Origin: an uncultured Methylomirabilota bacterium
GTDB taxonomy: Bacteria; Methylomirabilota; Methylomirabilia; Methylomirabilales; 2-02-FULL-66-22
Direction: 5' to 3'
DNA length: 64,000 nt
Assembly (NCBI GenBank): GCA_963845565.1
Contig: CAWJSJ010000002.1
Coordinates: 2,176,001 to 2,240,000, forward strand
The notes under the pieces were generated by a model that was not told the origin of the DNA, searched no databases, and was given only the letters and a program-made list of their open reading frames with translations. Both the position numbers and the translations under genes were made by a program. This document shows positions 39,584 to 49,866 of this stretch, one piece after another (position 1 is the stretch's first letter; each line of letters opens with the position of its first letter).

Positions 39584-41524
39584 ATGAAACTGGACACCAC
39601 ATCCCCGGCCTGCAATCCTGGAGTTCTGGACACGATGACCTGGGACGAGCCGCGCGCCGCCCGCCTGGGCGGGCAAGCGATCCGGGACGGCCGGTTCGCC
39701 CACCTGGCCGCCGCCGCGGCCACCGGGTATCCGGACAGCTCCCAGGCGTTGGATCGGCTGGTGCGCGGGGCATCCAGGCCGCCGCTGACCTTGGTGCCGG
39801 CTTCGGCCTGCGCACATCCACGGTACGGACTCTTTCTGATCGGTGTCCTGGCGGACGGTCAGCGCGTCTTCGTGGTGGTGACGGGGGCCGCCGGTGCGCC
39901 GCCCCGCGGGTTCGGCAAGCCGCTGGCGACGGTCGGGCACGATGTGGCCGGCCGCTGTGGCACGGTGTGTCTTTATCCGGTGGACCTCCTGCGCCTGCGC
40001 GCCTTCCTGCACGACATCGCTCCGGCGTATGCGCCGTCGGTGCCGGATCGGCCGGGCCTCGGCATCGGGTGCCGGATGGGTGTCCTGGATGTGCCGGTGG
40101 CCCTGAAGGCGGTGAAGCAATACGGCCTGTGCGCGTCCGTCATCCAGAGCTCGGTGTATCGCGAGTTGGCGCCGCTGACGGATCTCATGAAGCTGCCCCT
40201 GCCCCAGATCGATCTACCGGGGGTGGGGCTGGTGCCTCTCGGTCACACGGGTATGTCGATCACCGGCCAGTTCGTGGCCATGACGCTCGCGCGCATCATG
40301 CTCGGCGACCCGACGCCTATCGCGGTGGATGCGGACCATCTGCCGCTCCGGGCCGCCTCGGGGGCGGGCCAGAAGCTGGCGCGCCGGCTCATCCGGGAGG
40401 CGGCGGACCGAAGCCTCTTCACCCTGGATCCCCACTTCTGCTTCTACGGCGGCGATCCGACGTTGATGGCCGCCATCGGGGAGGGGCGGGTTGCGGACGT
40501 GGATGCGGCGTTTCGCGCGCGGTTCTCCGCCGGTGCGCGAAAGGACTTGGCGGCGCGGTACGTGGGGAAGCGGTTCCGGATTCCGGATCCGGCGGGCCGG
40601 AAGGACCACGCCATCGTCATGAGCGCCTCGGAGCTGGCCGACTGCGCCTTGCGCTTCCAGGAGCCGCTGGACGCCATCGAGGATGCTTGTGTGGAGATCC
40701 GGCGCGTCAAGGGCGGGACACCGTTTGCCATCGAGGTGTCGGTGGACGAGGTCCCCGGGATGAGCGAGCCGCATCACTTCTACTACTTGTGTGCGGAACT
40801 TGCGCGCCGGAACATCCGGGCGTTCTCGCTGGCGCCCGGCCTCGGCTTCAGCAAGCTGGACGTGGATGTGAAAGATCCCGAGGGGGCGTTTGCGACGCGG
40901 GTCCGCATCCTGGCGGGGATCAGCAAACACTTCGGTGCCGTGATGGGTATCCATTCTGGTGACGGCAAGAGCGTTCCGACGCGGCGCATTCTCGCCAAGG
41001 CCACCGGGGGGAACTTCTGGTACAAGATTTCGCCCGATCGCCAACGGAACTTTTTCCGATCGCTCGGCCTTTCTGAGCCGGGTTCGGAAGGTCGGCAACT
41101 CTTTCAGGAGGTCTATCGAAGTGCGCTGGCCCGCGTGATCGGCTTGGCGGCGAGCGGTTCCCATGAGACCGCGCGGGTGGCACGGCAGACACTGTCGGTT
41201 GTGGCGACGGGGCGAGGGATCTCTCGAGGAGCGGCGCGCGAGATCACAGGACTTCTTCAGGCGTCGCGAGTTCCACGCACGGCTGCCTGGCAGGCCCTGG
41301 CGAAACGGACAGCCGCAGCCTCGGCTCGACAGGTGCCTGGGGATCCCGAGGATCACATTGTGCACGACTACGCCTTCGCGACGGTGAGCGAGCGGGATGC
41401 GCGCGGTCGTTTCCGACTCCGCGGGCGCTTCTTCGCGCTGTCCGACGAGGCGCTGGCGATCTATCACCGATTGGATGCGGCGTATCTGACGGGTCTGACG
41501 AAATCATTGGGGCTCGGACGATAG
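39584..41524 (+). CDS. Tagaturonate epimerase (UxaE)-like protein, divergent
   Basis: GIGCRMG, QSSVYRE, DADHL, FTLDP, EVSVDE, SLAP, IHSGDGK appear in UxaE motif order. Confidence 0.65.
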   Translation: MKLDTTSPACNPGVLDTMTWDEPRAARLGGQAIRDGRFAHLAAAAATGYPDSSQALDRLVRGASRPPLTLVPASACAHPRYGLFLIGVLADGQRVFVVVTGAAGAPPRGFGKPLATVGHDVAGRCGTVCLYPVDLLRLRAFLHDIAPAYAPSVPDRPGLGIGCRMGVLDVPVALKAVKQYGLCASVIQSSVYRELAPLTDLMKLPLPQIDLPGVGLVPLGHTGMSITGQFVAMTLARIMLGDPTPIAVDADHLPLRAASGAGQKLARRLIREAADRSLFTLDPHFCFYGGDPTLMAAIGEGRVADVDAAFRARFSAGARKDLAARYVGKRFRIPDPAGRKDHAIVMSASELADCALRFQEPLDAIEDACVEIRRVKGGTPFAIEVSVDEVPGMSEPHHFYYLCAELARRNIRAFSLAPGLGFSKLDVDVKDPEGAFATRVRILAGISKHFGAVMGIHSGDGKSVPTRRILAKATGGNFWYKISPDRQRNFFRSLGLSEPGSEGRQLFQEVYRSALARVIGLAASGSHETARVARQTLSVVATGRGISRGAAREITGLLQASRVPRTAAWQALAKRTAAASARQVPGDPEDHIVHDYAFATVSERDARGRFRLRGRFFALSDEALAIYHRLDAAYLTGLTKSLGLGR

Positions 41525-41600
41525 GGGGTGGAGAGCCACGAGCCACGAGCTGAGAGCTGAAAGCTGAAAGGTGGATCGAATAGTTGCGCGTGGAGGCGCC

Positions 41601-42548
41601 ATGCGAGTTCTCGTCACGGGCGGTGCGGGTTTCATCGGGTCGCACATCGCGGATGCGTACCTGGCGGCTGGGCACACGGTCGGTGTGGTGGACAACCTGT
41701 CCACGGGGAGTGCGGAGAATCTCGATCCCCGTATCCGGCTTTGGCAGACGGACATTCGCGACACGGCGATCGATTCTATCCTTGCCGAGTTCCGGCCCGA
41801 CATCGTCAGCCACCACGCGGCGCAGATCAGCGTATCGGTCTCGGCGCGCGACCCGCGGGGCGACGCCGAGATCAACATCCTGGGCGCATTGAACCTCCTG
41901 GATGCGGCGGTCCGCCATCAAGTCCAGCGGGTGATCTTCGCTTCGACGGGCGGCGCCATGTACGGCGAGCAGGAGGCGCTGCCGACCGGGGAGTCCGTCT
42001 TTCCCGAACCGGTGAGCCCCTACGGGGTCGCCAAGCATTCGGTGGAGCGGTATCTGCACGCGTTTCAGCACATGCACGGCTTGCGCTCGGTCGTCCTTCG
42101 GTACGCCAACGTCTACGGGCCGCGCCAGAATCCGCACGGGGAGGCCGGAGTCGTGGCCATCTTTTGCAGGGGGCTTCTGGACGGAAAGACGCTGACGGTG
42201 TACGGCGACGGCGGCCAGACCCGCGATTACGTGTACGTCGGAGACGTGGTGCGGGCCAACCTGCTGGCTACGACGGCGCTGGTCGAGGGAAAGATTCCGA
42301 TCATGAATGTGGGGACCGGGGTCGAGACGTCGGTGAACGATCTGGTGCGGCTCCTCGGCGACGCAGCCGGCTCTCCCCTGCGCGTGGAGCATGCGCCTCC
42401 TCGCTCTGGAGAACAGCGGCGCAGCGCGCTGGACGCGGCCCTGGCCACCCGCGTTCTTGGCTGGCGACCGATGACCGACGTGCGGGCAGGCCTGCAGGAG
42501 ACGCTCGCCTGGTTCCGCCAGCGCGCCGGCGGGGTCGTGAAGAAATGA
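41601..42548 (+). CDS. NAD-dependent epimerase/dehydratase (UDP-glucose 4-epimerase-like)
   Basis: VTGGAGFIGSH, PYGVAK, LRYANVYGPRQ, TRDYVYV. Confidence 0.92.
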   Translation: MRVLVTGGAGFIGSHIADAYLAAGHTVGVVDNLSTGSAENLDPRIRLWQTDIRDTAIDSILAEFRPDIVSHHAAQISVSVSARDPRGDAEINILGALNLLDAAVRHQVQRVIFASTGGAMYGEQEALPTGESVFPEPVSPYGVAKHSVERYLHAFQHMHGLRSVVLRYANVYGPRQNPHGEAGVVAIFCRGLLDGKTLTVYGDGGQTRDYVYVGDVVRANLLATTALVEGKIPIMNVGTGVETSVNDLVRLLGDAAGSPLRVEHAPPRSGEQRRSALDAALATRVLGWRPMTDVRAGLQETLAWFRQRAGGVVKK

Positions 42549-42613
42549 GTTGGGACTGTCGGCCGGCGCGCGGCCGGTAGTTGTCGCCAGCCATGGTGCC
42601 TCGCGAGGTGCGC

Positions 42614-43015
42614 ATGCAGCCGTACGAGATTCATCTCTTCGTATGTACCAGTGGCGGAACCTGTCAGCATCAAGGGGCGGCGGAGGTGCATGCCTTCCTG
42701 CGCGAAGCCGTCCTCGGCGCGAAGCTGAAAGCCAAGGTCCGGGTGAATCATGCCGGCTGCCTCGACCAGTGCGGTCACGGGCCCATCCTGGTTGTCTATC
42801 CGGAGGGAATCTGGTACTCCCACGTGACCGTGGAGGATGCGCGGCACATCTTCTCGGAGCACATACTCGGCGGCCGGCCCGTGGAGCGTCTCCGGTTCGT
42901 GCCGCCGGGGCCGGGTGCACACAAGCTGGCGCGGGATCCGGACGGGAAGCCGATCGAGCGCTGCACCCTCTGTCGTGGCGGCCAGGCGTTGACCGCTGGA
43001 TATGCGGGAGAGTGA
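42614..43015 (+). CDS. Thioredoxin-like [2Fe-2S] ferredoxin
   Basis: HLFVCT…C, GCLDQCGHGP, VVYPEGIWY; extra C-terminal CxxC. Confidence 0.88.
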   Translation: MQPYEIHLFVCTSGGTCQHQGAAEVHAFLREAVLGAKLKAKVRVNHAGCLDQCGHGPILVVYPEGIWYSHVTVEDARHIFSEHILGGRPVERLRFVPPGPGAHKLARDPDGKPIERCTLCRGGQALTAGYAGE

Positions 43016-43075
43016 AGAAGAAATTGCGTACGATGAGGTTGTGCGACCATACCTGACGAGAGTCTGTGAAGGAGC

Positions 43076-44452
43076 ATGGCGATGGCCGAGACCAAGGTGG
43101 TATTGTCGGAGAAAGATCTTCCGACTCAGTGGTACAACCTCCAGGCGGACCTGCCGTCACCGCTTCCTCCGGTGATCCATCCGGGGACGATGCGGCCAAT
43201 CGGGCCGGACGATCTGGCGCCACTGTTTCCCATGGGCCTCATCGCGCAGGAGGTCAGCCAGGAGCGCTGGGTTGCGATTCCCGAACCGGTCCGAGACATC
43301 TACCGGCTCTGGCGTCCCACGCCGCTCTACCGGGCCCACCGGCTGGAGCAGGCGCTCCAGACGCCCGCCCGCATCTACTACAAGTGGGAAGGGGTCAGTC
43401 CGGCGGGAAGCCACAAACCGAACACGGCCGTTCCCCAAGCGTATTATAACCAGCGCGAGGGCGTGAAGCGCCTCACCACGGAGACGGGGGCGGGTCAGTG
43501 GGGGAGCGCCCTGTCGCTGGCGTGCCGGCAGTTCGGCCTGGAATGCAAGGTCTACATGGTGAAGATCAGCTACCAACACAAGCCGTACCGAAAGGTGATG
43601 ATGGAGGCCTGGGGGGCAACGGTGGTGCCCAGCCCCAGCCCGGACACCCGGGCCGGCCGGGCCGTCCTGGCCAAGGATCCGGCCTCGCCGGGTAGCCTCG
43701 GCATCGCGATCAGCGAAGCCGTCGAGGACGCCGCCACGCGCGAGGACACCAAGTATGCGTTGGGCAGCGTCCTGAACCACGTCCTGATGCATCAGACGGT
43801 CATCGGCCTGGAGGCGAAGCGACAGTTCGAGATGTTGGGGGATTACCCGGACATTCTGGTGGGATGTGTCGGCGGCGGAAGCTCGTTCGGGGGATTCACC
43901 TTCCCCTTCGCGCAGGACAAGCTGACGGGGAAAGCGCCGAATCTCAGGATTGTGGCGGTGGAACCGACGGCGTGCCCCAGCCTGACCAAGGGGCAGTACC
44001 GCTACGACTTCGGGGATACGGCGGGCACCACTCCGCTGATGAAGATGTACACTTTGGGTCACTCGTTCATCCCGGCGCCGATTCACGCCGGTGGCCTCCG
44101 GTATCACGGGATGGCGCCGCTGGTCTGCGCGCTCTACGACCAACAGTTCATCGAGGCGGTGGCGGTCCCCCAGAATCCGATCTTCGAGGCGGCACTGCAG
44201 TTTGCCCGAACCGAGGGGATTATCCCCGCGCCGGAACCGTCCCACGCCATCCGGGTCGTGATCGACGAAGCGATCCGCTGCCGCGAGCGGGGCGAGCGCA
44301 AGACCATCGCCTTCGTCCTCTGCGGGCACGGCCACTTCGACCTGGCGTCGTACGAGCGGTACCTGACCGGTCAGCTGGAGGATTTCGCGTTGCCGCAATC
44401 CGCCATCGACGAGGCGCTGAGCTTGGTGCCCACGGTGGAGCCGCGAGCCTAG
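43076..44452 (+). CDS. trpB2: TrpB-like PLP enzyme (TrpB2)
   Basis: [43 protein letters not shown]. Confidence 0.93.
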   Translation: MAMAETKVVLSEKDLPTQWYNLQADLPSPLPPVIHPGTMRPIGPDDLAPLFPMGLIAQEVSQERWVAIPEPVRDIYRLWRPTPLYRAHRLEQALQTPARIYYKWEGVSPAGSHKPNTAVPQAYYNQREGVKRLTTETGAGQWGSALSLACRQFGLECKVYMVKISYQHKPYRKVMMEAWGATVVPSPSPDTRAGRAVLAKDPASPGSLGIAISEAVEDAATREDTKYALGSVLNHVLMHQTVIGLEAKRQFEMLGDYPDILVGCVGGGSSFGGFTFPFAQDKLTGKAPNLRIVAVEPTACPSLTKGQYRYDFGDTAGTTPLMKMYTLGHSFIPAPIHAGGLRYHGMAPLVCALYDQQFIEAVAVPQNPIFEAALQFARTEGIIPAPEPSHAIRVVIDEAIRCRERGERKTIAFVLCGHGHFDLASYERYLTGQLEDFALPQSAIDEALSLVPTVEPRA

Positions 44453-44578
44453 AGCCGCGAGCCACGCCGCGGCCCGCGGGCAGGAGCCAACTGGTCGACG
44501 CGTCAAATGCTTTTCCCCAATTGACCAATTGACTCGTTGACGAATTGACGTGCTGCACTGCGACGCAAGGAGCCGAAC

Positions 44579-45340
44579 ATGGCGGAGGTCGAGAATACGC
44601 TGGCAGTCTTCATCGATTTCGAGAATCTGGCCCAGGGTTTCAAGCACGGCAAGGAAGACTTCGACATCACCCGGGTCCTGGAGCGGCTCGTGGAAAAGGG
44701 CAAGGTCATCGTCAAGGTGGCCTACGCGGACTGGAGTCGTTACGCCAAGTACAAGCAGGAGCTGCACGAGTCCGCCATCGAGCTGATCGAGATCCCCAAG
44801 CGCTCCATGACCGGCAAGAACTCTGCCGACATCCGCCTGTGTGTCGACGCCATGGACCTCTGCTATGCGAAGGAACACATCGACACCTTCGTGATCGTGT
44901 CCGGGGACAGCGATTTCTCTCCGTTGGTCTCCAAGCTGAAGGAGAACGGCAAGCGCGTCATCGGTCTCGGGATGAAAAGCTCCACCTCCGCGCTCCTCAG
45001 CGACAACTGCGACGAGTTCATCTTCTACGAGAGTCTGGGTGTGGGCGAGCAGATCACCCCGCCGGGCGTGCAGGATATCCCGAAGGAGAAGCGGGAGGCC
45101 TTTGAGCTTCTCTTCGACACCATCGTCGGCCTGGTGCGCGAGAACAAAGAAATCCTGTGGTCGTCGATGGTGAAAGACACCATGAAGCGGAAGCGGCCGG
45201 CCTTCGCCGAGCGGGCCTACGGCTACCGGACGTTCAGCGATTTGTTGGAGGATGCCCAGAAGCGGGGCTTCATCACACTCCGGACCGACCCGACCAGCGG
45301 GACGTACGTGGTGGTCGGGTTTGCGAAGGCCGGGCGCTGA
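44579..45340 (+). CDS. NYN domain protein with C-terminal OST-HTH/LOTUS domain
   Basis: AVFIDFEN, KNSADIRLCVDA, SGDSDFSPL, YGYRTFSDLL. Confidence 0.9.
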   Translation: MAEVENTLAVFIDFENLAQGFKHGKEDFDITRVLERLVEKGKVIVKVAYADWSRYAKYKQELHESAIELIEIPKRSMTGKNSADIRLCVDAMDLCYAKEHIDTFVIVSGDSDFSPLVSKLKENGKRVIGLGMKSSTSALLSDNCDEFIFYESLGVGEQITPPGVQDIPKEKREAFELLFDTIVGLVRENKEILWSSMVKDTMKRKRPAFAERAYGYRTFSDLLEDAQKRGFITLRTDPTSGTYVVVGFAKAGR

Positions 45341-45486
45341 GGGGCGAGGGACCGGGCGAGGGACCGACGGATAGGGCCAGGGATGTTGTGGCCGACATGG
45401 GTCACTTTCCGCTTGAACCGTGCCTCCATGTCCTGCTAGCTTTCCGTCGGAACAGGGCGACGCGGGAAAACGGAAAGGAGCGTACG

Positions 45487-46512
45487 ATGAAAAGATGGTG
45501 GGTTCTTGGAGTGGTGTTGCTGGCCATGGCCTTGGCAACGGGGGCGGCCGCGCAGCAGAATGTGCTGGTCCTCTACGGCAGTCCGGATCGGGATTGGGTG
45601 GCGGCGATTGCGAACAAGTTCGAGAAGGACACGGGCACCAAGGTGCCGTGGATCCGGGCCAGCAGCAACGAGATGTACGCCAAGATCGAGGCGGAGAAGG
45701 CGAACCCTCAAGGCGACGTGTGGTTCGGTGGAACCGGAGATCCACACTTCGCGGCGGCCGAGGCAGGGCTGACGGAACCGTACTGTACGCCCATGATGCC
45801 CCAGTTGCGGGAGTGGATGCGCGATCCGATCGGCAATTGCCGGGTCCTCGGCCTTTACGCCGGTCCGCTGGGCTGGGCGGTCAACGAGGGGGTCCTCAAG
45901 AAGATGGGCAAGCCCATGCCCCAGACGTGGGATGATCTCACCAAGCCAGAGTACAAGGGTTTGATCGCCATCTCGAACCCCACAACGGCTGGGACAGCCT
46001 ACACGGCCCTGGTGTCGATCTTGCTTCTGAAGGGTGAGGACAAGGGGTGGGAGTACCTGGCCAAGCTGCATAAGAACGTCGCCCAGTACACCAAGTCCGG
46101 GTCGGCGGCTGGACAGCTGGCCGGGCAGGGAGAGGTCGCCATCGGCATCGTGTTCTTGCACGATGCGGTGATGTTTGCCGAGGAGGGCTTCCCGGTGAAA
46201 CCGGTCGCTCCCGCGGACGGCACCGGTTACGAGATCGGCGGGCTCAGCCTCATCAAGGGTGCGCCGCACATGGCCAACGCCAAGAAGTTCATCGATTGGG
46301 CGCTGACGCCGGAGACGCAGGCGATCGCCAAGGACTTCCGCTCGTTTCAACTCCAGTCCAACAAGAAGACCCCACTCCCGTCGGTGGTCCTCAAGCACGG
46401 GATGGACTTCGAGAACGTGAAGACCATCAAGTACGATTTCCTGTGGGCCTCAAAAAACCGGGAGCGCATCATCAAGCGCTGGTCGGAGCAGATCTTCTCG
46501 CAGGCGCGGTGA
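45487..46512 (+). CDS. ABC substrate-binding protein (AfuA/FbpA-like)
   Basis: AEKANPQGDVWFGG, PQTWDDL, SNPTTAGTAY, GTGYEIGG. Confidence 0.9.
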   Translation: MKRWWVLGVVLLAMALATGAAAQQNVLVLYGSPDRDWVAAIANKFEKDTGTKVPWIRASSNEMYAKIEAEKANPQGDVWFGGTGDPHFAAAEAGLTEPYCTPMMPQLREWMRDPIGNCRVLGLYAGPLGWAVNEGVLKKMGKPMPQTWDDLTKPEYKGLIAISNPTTAGTAYTALVSILLLKGEDKGWEYLAKLHKNVAQYTKSGSAAGQLAGQGEVAIGIVFLHDAVMFAEEGFPVKPVAPADGTGYEIGGLSLIKGAPHMANAKKFIDWALTPETQAIAKDFRSFQLQSNKKTPLPSVVLKHGMDFENVKTIKYDFLWASKNRERIIKRWSEQIFSQAR

Positions 46513-46600
46513 CAGGTCGCGCACTTCGCTGTCAGCCTTCAGCCGTCGGCAGGCCATGGCGGCTGAAGGCTGATTGCTGATGGTTACCTGGAGTGCTCGC

Positions 46601-48637
46601 GTGAATCTTGTCCGCAACCCGGCATGCCTTTTCGGCGGTCTCGTTCTCCTGGCGACGAGCATCGTCGTGCCCTTCGTGTCTCGGCAAGGGTACGTGCTAT
46701 CCATCGGGCGGGGCGATTTTGCGCTGACGCCGCTGGCGTTGGCCGGCCAGTATCCGGGATTCTGGCTTCTGATCGGGCTGGCAGTGGTGTGGGTGGCGCT
46801 GGGGTTGCTGTGGCGGGACCGTCCGGATCGTCCGGCGCTCTGGGGCGGGGTGGTCGGGTGCGTTCTCGTCGTCTGGCTGACGGTGGCCGCCGGGAGCAAA
46901 CCCTACGCCTTTGGGTTGGGCAGCCTCCTGGCCATGACCGTGTGCCTCCTGGTGCTCTCCTTCGGGTTGTCCCAGGGGGGCTACATCCGCGCGGACACTT
47001 TCGTAGCGGCGAGCATCCTGCTGCTGGGCTTCTTCGTCCTACTCTTCATCATCTACCCCATCCTTGCGGTGCTCCAACACAGCGTCATGGATGGCCAGGG
47101 CGCCTTCCATCCGGGATTGTTTCTGGAGACCCTGCAGCGCTACAAGTCCTTCTGGCGCGTGCTGCGCAACAGCCTGGGCCTGGCCGTCTTTGTCGGGGTG
47201 GTCTCGACGCTGATCGGGTTGGCGTTCGCCCTGGCGGCCACGCGATCGCGGTCGCGTCTCACCGTCCTGCTGCGATCCTTCTCCCTTCTGCCCATGATCA
47301 CGCCGCCCTTTGTGGTCGGCCTGGCGATCATCCTGCTCTTCGGCCTGCAGGGGCTTGTCACGAGTGCGCTACTCGGGCTCAAGACACGGGGGATCTTTGG
47401 GTTCCCCGGCGTGGCGCTGGCGCAGATATTGTCCTTTGCGCCGGTGGCGTTCCTGGTGATTGCCAGCGTGGTGGAAGGCGTGAATCCCGCCCTGGAAGAG
47501 GCGAGCCTGACCTTGCGGGCCGGACCCTGGGAGACGTTCTGGAAGGTGACCCTGCCTCTTCTGCGGCCGGGGGTGGCGAACGCGTTTCTCCTCACCATCG
47601 TGGAATCGCTGGCGGATTTCGGAAACCCGATCATCCTCGGGGGTGAGTTCGAGGTCCTTTCGACGGAGATCTATTTCGCCATTATCGGCCGCTTTGACAA
47701 AACGCTGGCCGCGTCGCTGGGGATCGTCCTCTTGTCGGCCAGTTTGGTGACGTTCGTCTTGCAGCAGTTTTGGCTCGGGCGTCGCTCCTACGTCACGGTC
47801 ACCGGGAAGCCGCCGTCAGGGCAGCCGCAACCACTCCCCCGCGGTCTCGAGATCGGCCTCCTGGGCTTCTGCGTGGGGTGGTGCCTCTTCACGCTGGCGC
47901 TGTACGTCTTCGTCGTGTACGGCGGATTTGTCGAGATCTGGGGGATCAATAACACGTTCACGCTCCGCCACTACCGTCAGCTCCTGCGGGACGGAATGGA
48001 CGCCCTGACCTCGACGCTGATTCTGGCCGGCGTCTCGGCCCCCCTGACCGCCGTCGTCGGTATCCTGACCGCCTACCTTGTGGTGCGACACCGCTTCCCG
48101 GGACGCGGCGCGCTGGAGTTTACCTCCATGCTGTCCTTCGCCGTGCCGGGGACGGTGATCGGCATTGGGTACATCCTGGCCTTCAACCAGCCGCCCCTCC
48201 TCTTGACCGGCGGGGCGGCCATTCTGGTCATCTCGTTCATCTTCCGAAACATGCCGGTGGGCATCCGGAGCGGCATCGCGGCGTTGGCCCAGATCGACAA
48301 GGCGCTGGAGGAGGCCTCGGTGACATTACGGGCCTCGTTCGCCACAACCCTCTGGCGGATCGTCTTGCCCTTGATCCGTCCGGCCATCATTTCGGCGCTG
48401 GTGTTCAGCTTTGTGCGGTCGGTGACTGCCATCAGCGCCGTGGTCTTCCTGGTAAGCGCCAAGTGGCAGCTCAGCACCAAGGTCATCCTGGACCAGGCCG
48501 AGAACGGCCGGTATGGCTTGGCCACGGCCTACAGCACGGTGCTGATTGTGATCATGGCGGCGGCGGTCGCACTCATGTACCTGCTGGTGGGTAAGAAGGG
48601 CGCGGGGGGCGCGATCCAGAGTGGAGGCACGGCATGA
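46601..48637 (+). CDS. ABC permease with two TM modules (AfuB/FbpB-like)
   Basis: Two LEEAS EAA motifs; ADFGNP. The start codon is uncertain. Confidence 0.9.
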   Translation: MNLVRNPACLFGGLVLLATSIVVPFVSRQGYVLSIGRGDFALTPLALAGQYPGFWLLIGLAVVWVALGLLWRDRPDRPALWGGVVGCVLVVWLTVAAGSKPYAFGLGSLLAMTVCLLVLSFGLSQGGYIRADTFVAASILLLGFFVLLFIIYPILAVLQHSVMDGQGAFHPGLFLETLQRYKSFWRVLRNSLGLAVFVGVVSTLIGLAFALAATRSRSRLTVLLRSFSLLPMITPPFVVGLAIILLFGLQGLVTSALLGLKTRGIFGFPGVALAQILSFAPVAFLVIASVVEGVNPALEEASLTLRAGPWETFWKVTLPLLRPGVANAFLLTIVESLADFGNPIILGGEFEVLSTEIYFAIIGRFDKTLAASLGIVLLSASLVTFVLQQFWLGRRSYVTVTGKPPSGQPQPLPRGLEIGLLGFCVGWCLFTLALYVFVVYGGFVEIWGINNTFTLRHYRQLLRDGMDALTSTLILAGVSAPLTAVVGILTAYLVVRHRFPGRGALEFTSMLSFAVPGTVIGIGYILAFNQPPLLLTGGAAILVISFIFRNMPVGIRSGIAALAQIDKALEEASVTLRASFATTLWRIVLPLIRPAIISALVFSFVRSVTAISAVVFLVSAKWQLSTKVILDQAENGRYGLATAYSTVLIVIMAAAVALMYLLVGKKGAGGAIQSGGTA

Positions 48638-49707
48638 TGGAAGTGGTGAAGTCCCAGGCGGCGCGGGTCGCTCTGGAGCACGTGAGCAAGCGATTCGGCA
48701 AGACCGTGGCGGTGGACGACGTCAGTCTCCAGATCGAGCCAGGGTCGCTGGTCACGCTGCTCGGGCCGTCGGGCTGCGGGAAGACGACGATCCTGCGAAT
48801 GGTCGCGGGTCTCGAAACGACCACCAGCGGCCGGGTCTTCATCGGCGACGCGGATGTGACCCACCTCCCTCCCAACGCCCGCGACGTCACCATGATGTTT
48901 CAGTCCTACGCACTCTTCCCGCACCTGTCCGTCTTCGAGAACGTGGCCTACGGCCTGCGGGTGCTGCGGCGGCCGGAGGCGGAGCTACGGAAGGCGGCGG
49001 AGGACGTCCTCGCGCTGGTGGGCATGGCCGGGATGGGGGAGCGGGCCCCGAACGCCCTCTCGGGCGGTCAGCAGCAGCGCGTTGCCCTGGCCCGGTCCCT
49101 GGTCATGCAGCCCAAGGTGCTGCTCTTCGACGAGCCGCTGTCCAACCTGGACGCCAAGCTCCGGAAGCGTATGCGCGAGGAGATCCGCCTACTCCAGCAG
49201 CGGCTGGGAATCACGGCGATCTATGTGACCCACGACCAGGCCGAGGCGCTGGCCATTTCGGACCGGATCGTGGTCATCGAGAAGGGGCGCATCGCCCAGA
49301 TCGGGTCCCCGCTGGAGCTGTACAGAAGCCCCGGCAGCCGGTTCGTGGCGGAGTTTATCGGGGAAGCCAATTTCCTGCCGGCGCGGCTGGAGGCGATGGA
49401 AAACGGCCACGCCCGAGTGGCCATCGGGCCACAGCGACTCAGCGTGGACAGCCCGCGCCTCCAGGCGGGTGCCGTCACGGTTCTGGCGCGCCCCGAGGCC
49501 ATTCGGATCCGGACGCAGGGCGACGGCCTGTCTGGCACCGTCCAGAAAGTCTCCTACCTGGGCTCGTCCGCCGACTACACGGTCGAGACGGAGTTGGGTC
49601 CCGTCCTGATCACCGACTACGAGATGCAGGGTGGGGTCCTACCCGCCGGGACTGCCGTCCGCCTGGTGTTTCTCCCGCACGGGGTGTACCCGCTTCCGAG
49701 TGTGTAG
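48634..49707 (+). CDS. ABC ATP-binding protein (AfuC/FbpC-like)
   Basis: GPSGCGKT, LSGGQQQR, FDEPLSNLDAKLR, TOBE domain. Confidence 0.95.
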   Translation: MMEVVKSQAARVALEHVSKRFGKTVAVDDVSLQIEPGSLVTLLGPSGCGKTTILRMVAGLETTTSGRVFIGDADVTHLPPNARDVTMMFQSYALFPHLSVFENVAYGLRVLRRPEAELRKAAEDVLALVGMAGMGERAPNALSGGQQQRVALARSLVMQPKVLLFDEPLSNLDAKLRKRMREEIRLLQQRLGITAIYVTHDQAEALAISDRIVVIEKGRIAQIGSPLELYRSPGSRFVAEFIGEANFLPARLEAMENGHARVAIGPQRLSVDSPRLQAGAVTVLARPEAIRIRTQGDGLSGTVQKVSYLGSSADYTVETELGPVLITDYEMQGGVLPAGTAVRLVFLPHGVYPLPSV

Positions 49708-49866
49708 GGGCGGGCGGGTCCCGGTGCCGCGCGCCGTTGGTGGCGCGCGCGGTGCCCGCCGGCGATGAGCCGCCCCTCGGGAGATGGGCTTTTTTCTTGA
49801 CGGGTTCCGGGGGCTCACGCAGAATACGCCGCATCCGTGCGGCGTTTCTTTTTTGGAGTAGGCTCC

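Noticed and set aside
49782..49797. Fourth copy of MITE family A (AGATGGGCTTTTTTC)
   Set aside because: Only about 14 nt match one end and there is no partner end.
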